A stretch of DNA of 33,911 bases from Elusimicrobiota bacterium (lineage in GTDB: Bacteria; Elusimicrobiota; Elusimicrobia; UBA1565): assembly GCA_043819795.1 (NCBI GenBank), contig JBDREN010000178.1, positions 1 to 33,911 on the forward strand, in the 5' to 3' direction. This document shows, one piece after another, positions 16,326 to 24,121 of the stretch. The first letter of the stretch is position 1. Every line of letters starts with the position of its first letter. Position numbers and translations under genes: made by a program. Below the pieces are notes generated by a model. It did no database searches and was not told where the DNA came from. It worked only from the letters and a program-made list of their open reading frames with translations.

Positions 16326-17332
16326 AGCCGGACCCACCGGTGCAGCTCGCGCGTCAGCCGCGGGTCGGCCGCCATATCCGTAACGAACCGGCGGACCCTG
16401 GGGTCCTTCCAGGACCTCTGGAAGTTGGCCCACACCTCGCCGACCGACTCCACGCGCAGGTCGCCGCAGACGAAGGGCAGCGCGTTGATGAGCTTCACCA
16501 GCCCGTTGGGCAGGATGATGAACAGGGCCGCGGGGTTCTCGAGCCTGTAGCGAAGCTCCTCCAGAAGCCCCATCTCGTGGAAGCACACCCGCATCCGCCC
16601 CTCGTACTGCTCGGCCTTCGCGCGAAGGGCATTGAAGTACTCGGCGTACTGCTCCTCCGAGGGCTCCAGCAGGCCCCATGCCTTGACCGCGTTCCCGGTG
16701 TACATCGTCCTGCCCGTGAAGAAGCTCTCGGCTCCGAGCGACCACGCCAGGTCGACGGCGTCGGCGATCTCGTGGACGTTGAATCTCGTGGGCGAATGGT
16801 TGATCTCCGTCGGGACCCCGGCGGCCTTCAGGTTCCGGAGGCCATCCATCATCGCGTCGAAGTCCCCGCGGACCCGCAGCCGGTCGAACGTCGCCTTGCT
16901 GGCGCCGTCCATGCTGACCTGGACGGCCTTGACCCCGATGTCCTTGAGCCGCCCGCAGCTCTCGGTGGTCAGGAGATGGGCGTTGGTCTCGACCTTGAGC
17001 TGGATCCCGTTGGCGCAGACGTATTCGGCCATCTCGAAAAAGTGGGGATGGACCAGAGGCTCGCCGCCCGAGAACGCCACGTAAGGCACCTGGGCGTCCA
17101 CGAGCTGCTTGAGGACGGCGGACACCCGCTCCCTGGAGAGCTCGTCCGCGAAAGCCTTGCCCGGCCCCGACTCCTCCAGGCAGTGGAGGCAGGCGAGGTT
17201 GCACTCGTTGGTGATCTGCCACGCCACGTAGAGCGGAGCGCCGAGGTCTCCCGACGACGTCCGCCCGGGGACGGGAAGCTCCGCGGACCCGGCTGCGGCG
17301 ATAGGCGCGGCGGTCGCGGCCTTCATCCTCAC
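16322..17332 (-). CDS. Radical SAM enzyme 1, about 336 aa
   Basis: WQITNECNLACLHC, SGGEP, VETNA, VQVSMDGA; GTG 17332 overlaps the PqqD stop (ATG 17326 is an alternative start). Confidence 0.93.
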   Translation of the reverse strand: MRMKAATAAPIAAAGSAELPVPGRTSSGDLGAPLYVAWQITNECNLACLHCLEESGPGKAFADELSRERVSAVLKQLVDAQVPYVAFSGGEPLVHPHFFEMAEYVCANGIQLKVETNAHLLTTESCGRLKDIGVKAVQVSMDGASKATFDRLRVRGDFDAMMDGLRNLKAAGVPTEINHSPTRFNVHEIADAVDLAWSLGAESFFTGRTMYTGNAVKAWGLLEPSEEQYAEYFNALRAKAEQYEGRMRVCFHEMGLLEELRYRLENPAALFIILPNGLVKLINALPFVCGDLRVESVGEVWANFQRSWKDPRVRRFVTDMAADPRLTRELHRWVRL

Positions 17333-17580
17333 TCGGCGACGAGGCCCTTCTCCTTGAGGGAGGCGATGAACTCCGCGGCCTGCTTCTCAATCGTGCCGTC
17401 GGGGTCCTGGTAGCGGTCCTTCAGCCGCCCGATGACCGCTTGGTCGTCCCCGCCGGCCAGGATCTCGCGCATGACGGCCGCCCCCGTCCGGCTGAGCGTG
17501 AATACTTTCTCCGAGCGGGTCTCGAAGAGGACCCCCCCGAACTTCTCCTCGCGGAACTTGACGTGCTTCGCCAGCTTCAT
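17329..17580 (-). CDS. PqqD-family RiPP recognition element (RRE) protein, 83 aa
   Basis: GGAGGAGG RBS. KFREEKFGGVLF...KVFTLSRTGAAVMREI...IGRLKDRY...FIASLKEKGLV fits the three-strand/three-helix PqqD/MftB pattern. Confidence 0.88.
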   Translation of the reverse strand: MKLAKHVKFREEKFGGVLFETRSEKVFTLSRTGAAVMREILAGGDDQAVIGRLKDRYQDPDGTIEKQAAEFIASLKEKGLVAE

Positions 17581-17784
17581 ATTGTCCTCCTCCCGCGGAG
17601 GCTCTCCGCTCCCGCTCGCGCCGCACGCCTCCCGCTCCACGATCCATTCCATCTTGGAGCGCAAAAACGAGCGGAGCTCCTCCGCCTCGGACGCGCCTCC
17701 GTCACGGCCCTCGCCGGGCTCCAGCCGGGCATTGTACTCGCCGGACCTCCAGGCGCGGCGGGCCAGCCTCTGATAAAGGCTCAC
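17581..17784 (-). other. 68-codon open segment in frame with and directly upstream of the RRE gene
   Basis: GTG 17784 follows the upstream TAG after one base, with a GGAGGG RBS-like sequence nearby; no stop before the RRE ATG. Confidence 0.4.
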
Positions 17785-17785
17785 C

Positions 17786-18739
17786 CTAGAACTCCCTCCC
17801 GACCATAAGCCGCATGAAGGCCTTGAGGGGCGCGCCTTCCGCCTTCACCGGCAGCCCGTCGATAAGGCGCAGAGCGTCGTCCAGGATCCCGCGCGCCCTG
17901 GCGCGCGCCGCCTCCAGGTGGCCGCGCTCCTCGAAGAGGGCCAAGGCCCGCTCGAGACGCCCGGCGTCCCGAGGGACCGCGCGCCAGATCGTCATAAACC
18001 GGGACCGCGAGCCCTCGTCGTCCATGGCGAGGATGCCCGGAAGCGTCAGGCGCCCGTTGGCCAGGTCCTGGCCCGGAGGCTTTCCCGCCACCGCCTCGTC
18101 GAGCGTGACATCGTGGATGTCGTCGACGATCTGAAGCAGGATTCCCGCCGAGCGCCCCAGGCGGGGCGGGTCCTCCCGCCGATGAGGCAGGACGCCGGCC
18201 TCCGAGAGGACCTCTCCCGTCCATTCGAATAGGGCGCCCGTCTTCCGGGCCGCGAGCCCGTAGTACCCCTCGACCGAGACGTCCAGGCTGCCCCGCAGGA
18301 ACTCCTCCTGGATCTCGCCCACCGCCATCTCGCGGACGGACCGGACCAGGGAGCGCGCCGCGCGCGGGGAAACCCCCAAGGCCTCGTCCATACCCTCGGT
18401 GAAGGCAAGGTCCCCCAGGAGCACCCCGGTCCGGTCCCCGAACTGGGCGTTCGGGGTCGGACAACCGCGCCGCATGAGGGCCTCGTCGATGCAGTCGTCC
18501 TGCAGAAGAGAGGCGTTATGGATGAGCTCGACGACGCGGGCGACGCGTTCACGGACATCGCGGTCGACGCCCAGCGCCGCCCCGACCAGCAGGGCGAAGC
18601 GGGCCCGCAGCATCTTGCCGGGCCGGCCGATGACCGAGACCAGGTGATCGCCGAGGCGGCCGCCGAGGCGGGCGGCCCTGCGCTCCAGCCCCTCTCGCAC
18701 GCGCGCGAGGGAGTCGTCGACGGCGTCGAGAGTCTTCAT
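17786..18739 (-). CDS. Polyprenyl diphosphate synthase, long-chain trans type (HepT/IspB-like)
   Basis: GKMLR, FARM ELIHNASLLQDDCID..RRG, LLGD, KTG, SARM QIVDDIHD, GKPPGQDL..G.LTLP. Confidence 0.93.
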   Translation of the reverse strand: MKTLDAVDDSLARVREGLERRAARLGGRLGDHLVSVIGRPGKMLRARFALLVGAALGVDRDVRERVARVVELIHNASLLQDDCIDEALMRRGCPTPNAQFGDRTGVLLGDLAFTEGMDEALGVSPRAARSLVRSVREMAVGEIQEEFLRGSLDVSVEGYYGLAARKTGALFEWTGEVLSEAGVLPHRREDPPRLGRSAGILLQIVDDIHDVTLDEAVAGKPPGQDLANGRLTLPGILAMDDEGSRSRFMTIWRAVPRDAGRLERALALFEERGHLEAARARARGILDDALRLIDGLPVKAEGAPLKAFMRLMVGREF

Positions 18740-18746
18740 CGAAAAG

Positions 18747-18775
18747 ATTCTACGGCATTCCCGACAGACAGGTCA
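18747..18775 (-). promoter_or_regulatory. Sigma70-type promoter of the prenyl/rSAM operon, probably giving a leaderless mRNA
   Basis: Minus-strand TTGACC (18775-18770) N17 TAGAAT (18752-18747); ATG 18739 lies 7 nt further and has no RBS. Confidence 0.7.
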
Positions 18776-19131
18776 ATCCAACGCCGCGAGCGCGCTTGCG
18801 GCTCTCGCGCGAGGCATGCGACACGCGAAAACGCGCGGCTGGAACTCCGCGACGCGGGTCTCCGGTCGTGCTCGAGCCGGCGGCTGCTTCCGGAAACGGG
18901 GCTGCGCGCCTCCCTGGCCGGCGATGAAGCCGACGGGGGGCTTCCCCCCGGCCTCGGCCGGGCCGCCCGCGAGCCCCGCCGTGCCACGAGGCTCGAGAAT
19001 GATGCCGAAAGACGGCGCGCCCCGCGCCGCTCCTCAGACGCCCTGGCGGACGGCTGTCTAAATTGCTATAAAATCCATAGATAATCCCAATCCCGTCGGC
19101 AAAGGGAAAGACCCATACAAAGGAGGCTGTA

Positions 19132-19890
19132 GTGCCCAGGCGGATCCCTCTCTCCGCGGTCGTCCCCTGCTACAACGAGGCGCCCAACATTCCCCCCTTG
19201 CGGCAGACCCTGACGGAGCTTCCGCTATTCAGCGGCGGACAGCTGGAGATCGTCCTGGTCGACGACGGGTCGCGGGACGACACGTGGAAGCTCCTGTCCG
19301 AGTGGGCTCGGAGCACCCCTCGCGTCAAGGCCGTACGGCTCTTCGAGAACTGCGGGAACCAACACGCGATACTCGCCGGGATCCATCAATCCTCGGGGGA
19401 AGCTGTCGCCGTCCTGGACGCGGACCTGCAGGACCCCCCGGAGCATCTAGTGAAGATGCTCGACAAGCTGGAGAAATCCTCCGTTTCGGCGGTCATCGGC
19501 ATCCAAAAAGGCCAGAACGAGAGGGGCAAGGCCCCGGCCTGGCTCAAGGCGGCCGCCGTCCTGGTCCACCCCTTGCGCCCGGGAGAGGTGGACTTCTGCG
19601 TCATGAAGCGCCCCGTTGCCCGGGACCTGCTGGCTCTGGGTGACGCGGAGACGCCCTTCTGCGTGCGGCGCTACCGGGCCCTGCGCAACCACAAGAAGGC
19701 CTATTTTTCCTACGAGCGCCGGCCGCGGCGCTCGGGCCAGACGAAATTCCCCACCGCCAAGCGGGCCGCTCTGGGGTGGCGCATCTTCCGCTCCATGCGA
19801 CTGCAGCGCTCGGACCGGACGGACGTGTTCATCCCCCGCATGCAGACCCTCGTCGAGAGCAAGGCGTCAGGTGTTAACTTTGTCAACTAA
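19132..19890 (+). CDS. Glycosyltransferase family 2 (GtrB/ArnC/DPM1-like)
   Basis: VVPCYNE, VDDGSRD, DADLQDPP, R..GQTK; AAGGAGG RBS before GTG; lacks the C-terminal TM pair of GtrB. Confidence 0.88.
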   Translation: MPRRIPLSAVVPCYNEAPNIPPLRQTLTELPLFSGGQLEIVLVDDGSRDDTWKLLSEWARSTPRVKAVRLFENCGNQHAILAGIHQSSGEAVAVLDADLQDPPEHLVKMLDKLEKSSVSAVIGIQKGQNERGKAPAWLKAAAVLVHPLRPGEVDFCVMKRPVARDLLALGDAETPFCVRRYRALRNHKKAYFSYERRPRRSGQTKFPTAKRAALGWRIFRSMRLQRSDRTDVFIPRMQTLVESKASGVNFVN

Positions 19891-19938
19891 CTCCGGCCAG
19901 TGGGGGCCACTTAGTTAACAAAGTTAACACCTGACGCC
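19863..19938. repeat. 28-bp inverted repeat (1 mismatch) with 20-nt spacer
   Basis: GGCGTCAGGTGTTAACTTTGTCAACTAA (19863-19890) and TTAGTTAACAAAGTTAACACCTGACGCC (19911-19938). Confidence 0.92.
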
Positions 19939-19947
19939 ATTTTGACC

Positions 19948-20367
19948 ATGCGATTCAAGAAGGAAGGCTCGCGATATTTCGTAAGGCTCGAACGGGGCGA
20001 GCAGGTCCTCGACGCGCTCGCGGGCTTCGCGCTGGAGGAGGGCGTCGCGTCCGCGTCGTTCTCCGGGATCGGCGCGGTGGAGGAACCGACTCTGGGGTAC
20101 TACGATCTCCCCAAACGAGCCTACATGAAGAAGGAATTCTCCGGCGAGTACGAGGTGGCCGGCCTTTTGGGCAACATCTGCGAGCTCGACGGCAAGCCCA
20201 TGGTCCACGCCCACGCGATCCTCGCGGACGCGCAGTGCCGGACGTTCGGCGGGCACCTCTTCGCGGCGCGCGTGTCCCTCACGCTCGAGGTCAGCGTCCA
20301 GTCGTTCTCCTTCAAGATGCGGCGCGAGCCCGACGCCGAGACCGGCCTCAAGCTCATATCAATGTGA
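19948..20367 (+). CDS. PPC/DUF296 domain protein
   Basis: RLERGE, GIGAV, LGYYD, E...LLGNI, HAH, GGHL, TLEV motifs. Confidence 0.9.
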   Translation: MRFKKEGSRYFVRLERGEQVLDALAGFALEEGVASASFSGIGAVEEPTLGYYDLPKRAYMKKEFSGEYEVAGLLGNICELDGKPMVHAHAILADAQCRTFGGHLFAARVSLTLEVSVQSFSFKMRREPDAETGLKLISM

Positions 20368-20369
20368 AC

Positions 20370-20450
20370 TTCGGTGCCGTGCTTGACTTTCGGGACAAAC
20401 CTGCATCAGCTTCCCGCGAATACTTCCCGAAAGTCAAGCACGGCACCGAA
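20370..20450. repeat. Perfect 26-bp inverted repeat with 29-nt spacer; may also act as a terminator between convergent genes
   Basis: TTCGGTGCCGTGCTTGACTTTCGGGA (20370-20395) and TCCCGAAAGTCAAGCACGGCACCGAA (20425-20450). Confidence 0.92.
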
Positions 20451-20461
20451 AGCGGGCGGGG

Positions 20462-23400
20462 CTATCGCGGGGACGCGGGGCGCGGGATGCCCAGGTAGAC
20501 CGTCGACCACAGTTGCACGGCGTTCGCTTCGGTCCTGTGTCCCACGATATCCGCGAACGACACGCTCTTGGCGCGGCCGTCCTCCATGATATCGATACGA
20601 AGGCCGGAGTTCCGCGGCGAAGCCGCCATACGCTCCGCGAGCTCGCCGAACGGCGCGTGCTTGACGCGGCCGTCCTCCACGGTCCAAGACCACAGCTCGG
20701 AGCTTCGCAGCGGCTCGGTCCCGTCGATGGCCTCCCACAAAAGCGCCTGCGCCCGCTTCAGCGCGTTCCGCGTCGAGGACGGAAGGTCCTTCCTCTCCAG
20801 CTGACGCCGCAGCCCGGCCGCCCACACCGCCTGCTGCCAGGACCAGATCACGGCCCCGTGGTAGTGGCCGCGGGTGAAGGAACGCCGCAGCGAATCGCCG
20901 GAAGAGAAGCCCGGGTTGGCCGCGACCAAGCCCGCCGGGGTCCTCAGGCCGCCCGGGAAAGGCCGGATGACCCTCTCGGCGGCCTGTTCGAGATACTCCG
21001 CCGGGGGATCGCGGAAAAGCAGCATGAAGCCCTCGTCCGAGCTCATGACCGGCACCGGCTGGCCGTCCTCGTGCAGGGCGACCGCCGAGAAGACCGTCTC
21101 CTCCGCCGTCTCGGCGAGGGCGAAGTCCAGGCCCAGTTCGGCCGCGTAGTCCCCGAGCCACTCGCGCGCGTGAGCGGCGGGGATATTCACCAGAAAATAT
21201 TCCCGGGCCCGGTCCCAAGCCCGGGCGAGCCGCCGGGCCTCGGCGGCCGCGGCCTTCCGGCCGAAGAGCCCGGTCTCGATCAGACGCGCCGATGCCTCGA
21301 GCGCGGCGGGCACGAAAGCGGCGTTCACGTCGAAAGGGATGCGCCCGAGACCCAGGCCGAGGCGGCTGTCCCGCCAGTTCCCCGCGTCTCTGCCGGGCGC
21401 GAGCGCGATCAAGGTGGCGGGACCCGGATCCCGGGCGAAAGGCTCGGCCCTCTTCAGGACGTACGCCATGTTCCTGCGCAATGCGTCGCGGTAGGTCACT
21501 CCCGAGGGGGCAAGCCGGCTCAGAAAGGCCGGGGCCCTGGCGTTTCCTTCCGCGGAGTCCAACAGATAAGCTGCCGCCACCGGCGCCAGCAGAAAGTCGT
21601 CGTCGATCATCCTGTAATCGTGGAGCGGAGCGCGCGGATCGGACGGCGGATCCTCGGAATTCGAGTTCCGCAACGCCGCCCAGTCGCCGATATCCTCCTC
21701 ATGCGCCACCCGTCCCTCCGGGTCCAGGCGGTCGAGCACCGCGCCCAGCCCGGCCTCGATCGCCGCGGGCCGGAGGTTCGGCAGAAGAAGCCGGAGCGAG
21801 AGCAGCGTGTCGCGCCCGAAGTAGGTCAAAAACCGCCACGAACCGGCGAGCAGCTTCTCGCGGTAGCAGAGAAACGCGAGAGCCTTCAGGCTCCCCGGGT
21901 CCGCCCCCTCATCGCTCTTCAGCAGCTCCGTGGACGCGATGGGCGTCAAGGGAGGCTCGTCGGTCAGGGCGGTGATCCGGAAACGAAGAGCGCCGCCTTC
22001 CGGCGGCGCTTCGATCGCTATCTTTCCTTCCCGGCCTTCCTCCGTCCTGCCGCCGTCCAGTGCCTCGATCCCGAGCGAGTAGCCGTGTCGCCCGGCCAGA
22101 TCGGCGCGACGGAAGACGAGCGGCGGACCTCTTCCCACCATATGCGCGACCTCGCCGGGGACCTCTCCCGTATTCATGTAATCCCGCAGCAGCCGGACGC
22201 TGCCCAAGACCGCGCGCCTCACCCGCAGGCGGGGAGCGGAGACGGCGATCGTCGCGCTCACGCCGCGCATGCCGTTCGGGCCCTCCACACCGCTCAGCTC
22301 ACCCTCGACGGACAATTCCGCCGGCTCTCCGAGCTTTTCGAACCACAGCCCCACGCCCGAGTTGCCCGCGGGAAACGCCACGATGAGCCGCGGCTCGGTT
22401 CCCGAGGTCGTCAGCAGGTGCGCGGCCACTCTCCCCCGGCGATAAAAATGGTTGTCGATGCTCCCGTGGGTGATCCGAAACGCGAGGGTTTCCTCGTCCG
22501 CCCGGGGAGCGCGGGACTGCGCGGCCGCGTCCGGCCGCGCGACGCCGCCCGGCGCCCACGGCCAAGCCCCGGAAAACCGGAGCCACAACACGGCCATGCA
22601 GGCCAGGATCGCCGCGACCAGGACGCGGAAGAGCAGGCGCTGCCGGGACGTGGTGGCTTTTTCCAAGAGGGGACGTATTCCCTTCCAGCACAGCCCTTCG
22701 ACCTGCTCCGGCTTGGGCGGCTCGGTCGCCAGCGACACGGCCACCAGGACGATGATGGAGAAGGCGAAGGTGACCCCCGCCGCCATCAAGAACGGGAGCG
22801 GCTCCCACGCCAGAAGGCCCAGCCCCACGCACAGCCCCCCCAGCAGGGAGCTGAGCACGCCCGCGTGGTTGGCCCGCGGCCAGAAAACCCCCAACAAGAA
22901 GGAGGCGGCGATAGGCGGGCTGATCGCGGCCTGGACCTGCTGCAGATACTGGAAGATCGACTCGGCCCTCCGCACCACCAGCACCCAGAGCACCCCGAAC
23001 ACCATGACCACGACCGTGGTTATCCGGCCCACGCGGACCAGCTCCGCCTGGGTGGCGTCGGGCCTGCGAGGCTGATAGAAGTCCAGCGAGACCAACGTGC
23101 CCGTGGAGTTGAGCGTGGAGTCGATCGACGACATGAGCGCCGCGATCAGGGCCGCGGCCACCAGGCCCGTCACGCCCACCGGAAGAAGCTCCCGCACCAT
23201 CACGGGAAAGACCGTCTTGGACTCGATCTCAGGGAAGAGCACCCGGCCGCAGAGCCCGGGCAAGACGAAGAGGAACACGGGCAGGATCTTGAGGAACGCG
23301 GCGAAAAGCGCCCCCATGCGGGCGTTGTGGACGTCGCGCGATCCCAGCACGCGCTGGACGATCACCTGGTCGGTGCACCAATACCAGATCCCCAGGATGG

Positions 23401-24121
23401 GAACGCCCAGAAGCAGGCCCGGCCAGGGCATCTCCGGGTCCGAGGCGGGCCGCACCATATCGAACATCTCCGGATCGAGGGCCGCGGTGAGCCCGGACCA
23501 TCCGCCGACCTTGTGCAGGGCGATCGCGCTCAAGAACGCGGTCCCGGCCAGCAGGACCGCGGCCTGGACGGCGTCCGTATAGACCACGGCTTTCAGGCCC
23601 CCGGCGGCCGTGTACAGGACGGTGGTCAGCGCCAGGATGGCGATCGACGTCCATATCCCGAGCCCGAACATCTCCTGCATCACCAGCGCCCCGGCGTAGA
23701 GCGCGACGGAGATCCGCACCAGGACGTTCGCCGCGATGGTGACCAGCGAGAGGTAGACCCGGGCCCCGCGTCCGAAGCGGCGCTCCAAAAACTCGGGCAT
23801 CGTCTGGATCCGGGAGCCGATGTAGAAGGGGACGAACACGGTGGCCAGGATGACCAGCACGACGCAGGCCCCCCACTCGTAGTTGCCCACGGCCAGGCCG
23901 CTGCGAAAGCCGTCGGCCGAGAGGCCGATGAGATGCTCGCTGGAGATGTTCGAGGCGAACAGCGACGCGCCCACGACGAGCCACCCCAGCTTCCGGCCGG
24001 CCACGAAGAAGTCGGAAGCCGAGCCCTTTTCCTGGCGGGCCAGCCAAAGGCCCATCCCGAGAACGACGACGAAATAGACCCCGATGATGCTCAGGTCGAT
24101 CCAATGCAGGCTGAGACTCAT
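20462..24121 (-). CDS. Sodium:solute symporter (SGLT-like) fused to a glycogen-debranching/(alpha/alpha)6 glycoside-hydrolase-like domain, 1219 aa
   Basis: SSS motifs DFFVAGR, ASLFASNISSEH, TMPEFLERRF, GGLKAVVYTD, WYWCTDQVIVQR, AALMSS. C-terminal LAGSWRFLTYFGRD, GNWRDS, YHGAVIWSWQ. ATG 24121 overlaps the kinase stop (ATGA). Confidence 0.85.
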   Translation of the reverse strand: MSLSLHWIDLSIIGVYFVVVLGMGLWLARQEKGSASDFFVAGRKLGWLVVGASLFASNISSEHLIGLSADGFRSGLAVGNYEWGACVVLVILATVFVPFYIGSRIQTMPEFLERRFGRGARVYLSLVTIAANVLVRISVALYAGALVMQEMFGLGIWTSIAILALTTVLYTAAGGLKAVVYTDAVQAAVLLAGTAFLSAIALHKVGGWSGLTAALDPEMFDMVRPASDPEMPWPGLLLGVPILGIWYWCTDQVIVQRVLGSRDVHNARMGALFAAFLKILPVFLFVLPGLCGRVLFPEIESKTVFPVMVRELLPVGVTGLVAAALIAALMSSIDSTLNSTGTLVSLDFYQPRRPDATQAELVRVGRITTVVVMVFGVLWVLVVRRAESIFQYLQQVQAAISPPIAASFLLGVFWPRANHAGVLSSLLGGLCVGLGLLAWEPLPFLMAAGVTFAFSIIVLVAVSLATEPPKPEQVEGLCWKGIRPLLEKATTSRQRLLFRVLVAAILACMAVLWLRFSGAWPWAPGGVARPDAAAQSRAPRADEETLAFRITHGSIDNHFYRRGRVAAHLLTTSGTEPRLIVAFPAGNSGVGLWFEKLGEPAELSVEGELSGVEGPNGMRGVSATIAVSAPRLRVRRAVLGSVRLLRDYMNTGEVPGEVAHMVGRGPPLVFRRADLAGRHGYSLGIEALDGGRTEEGREGKIAIEAPPEGGALRFRITALTDEPPLTPIASTELLKSDEGADPGSLKALAFLCYREKLLAGSWRFLTYFGRDTLLSLRLLLPNLRPAAIEAGLGAVLDRLDPEGRVAHEEDIGDWAALRNSNSEDPPSDPRAPLHDYRMIDDDFLLAPVAAAYLLDSAEGNARAPAFLSRLAPSGVTYRDALRRNMAYVLKRAEPFARDPGPATLIALAPGRDAGNWRDSRLGLGLGRIPFDVNAAFVPAALEASARLIETGLFGRKAAAAEARRLARAWDRAREYFLVNIPAAHAREWLGDYAAELGLDFALAETAEETVFSAVALHEDGQPVPVMSSDEGFMLLFRDPPAEYLEQAAERVIRPFPGGLRTPAGLVAANPGFSSGDSLRRSFTRGHYHGAVIWSWQQAVWAAGLRRQLERKDLPSSTRNALKRAQALLWEAIDGTEPLRSSELWSWTVEDGRVKHAPFGELAERMAASPRNSGLRIDIMEDGRAKSVSFADIVGHRTEANAVQLWSTVYLGIPRPASPR

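Noticed and set aside
15417..17390. 657-aa ORF as a prenyltransferase fusion
   Set aside because: The N-terminal 355 codons are an alternative frame of rSAM1; the real start is ATG 16325.
13255..18739. Calling the cluster PQQ (pqq), mycofactocin (mft) or heme (ahb/nirJ) biosynthesis
   Set aside because: No PqqB/C, MftD/E or AhbA/B; the peptide lacks ExxxY and CGVY; the rSAMs lack SPASM cysteines.
18771..18802. Fourth copy of the 59-nt repeat that would bracket the cluster as a mobile unit
   Set aside because: Only the GGTCAA..AACGCCGC hairpin part resembles 13102-13134, the 3' half is missing, and GTCAA is explained as the operon's -35 box.
19085..19125. Possible c-di-GMP riboswitch upstream of the GT2 (GGCAAA...GAAA)
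   Set aside because: Too short, and lacks the second stem and GCAAA element.
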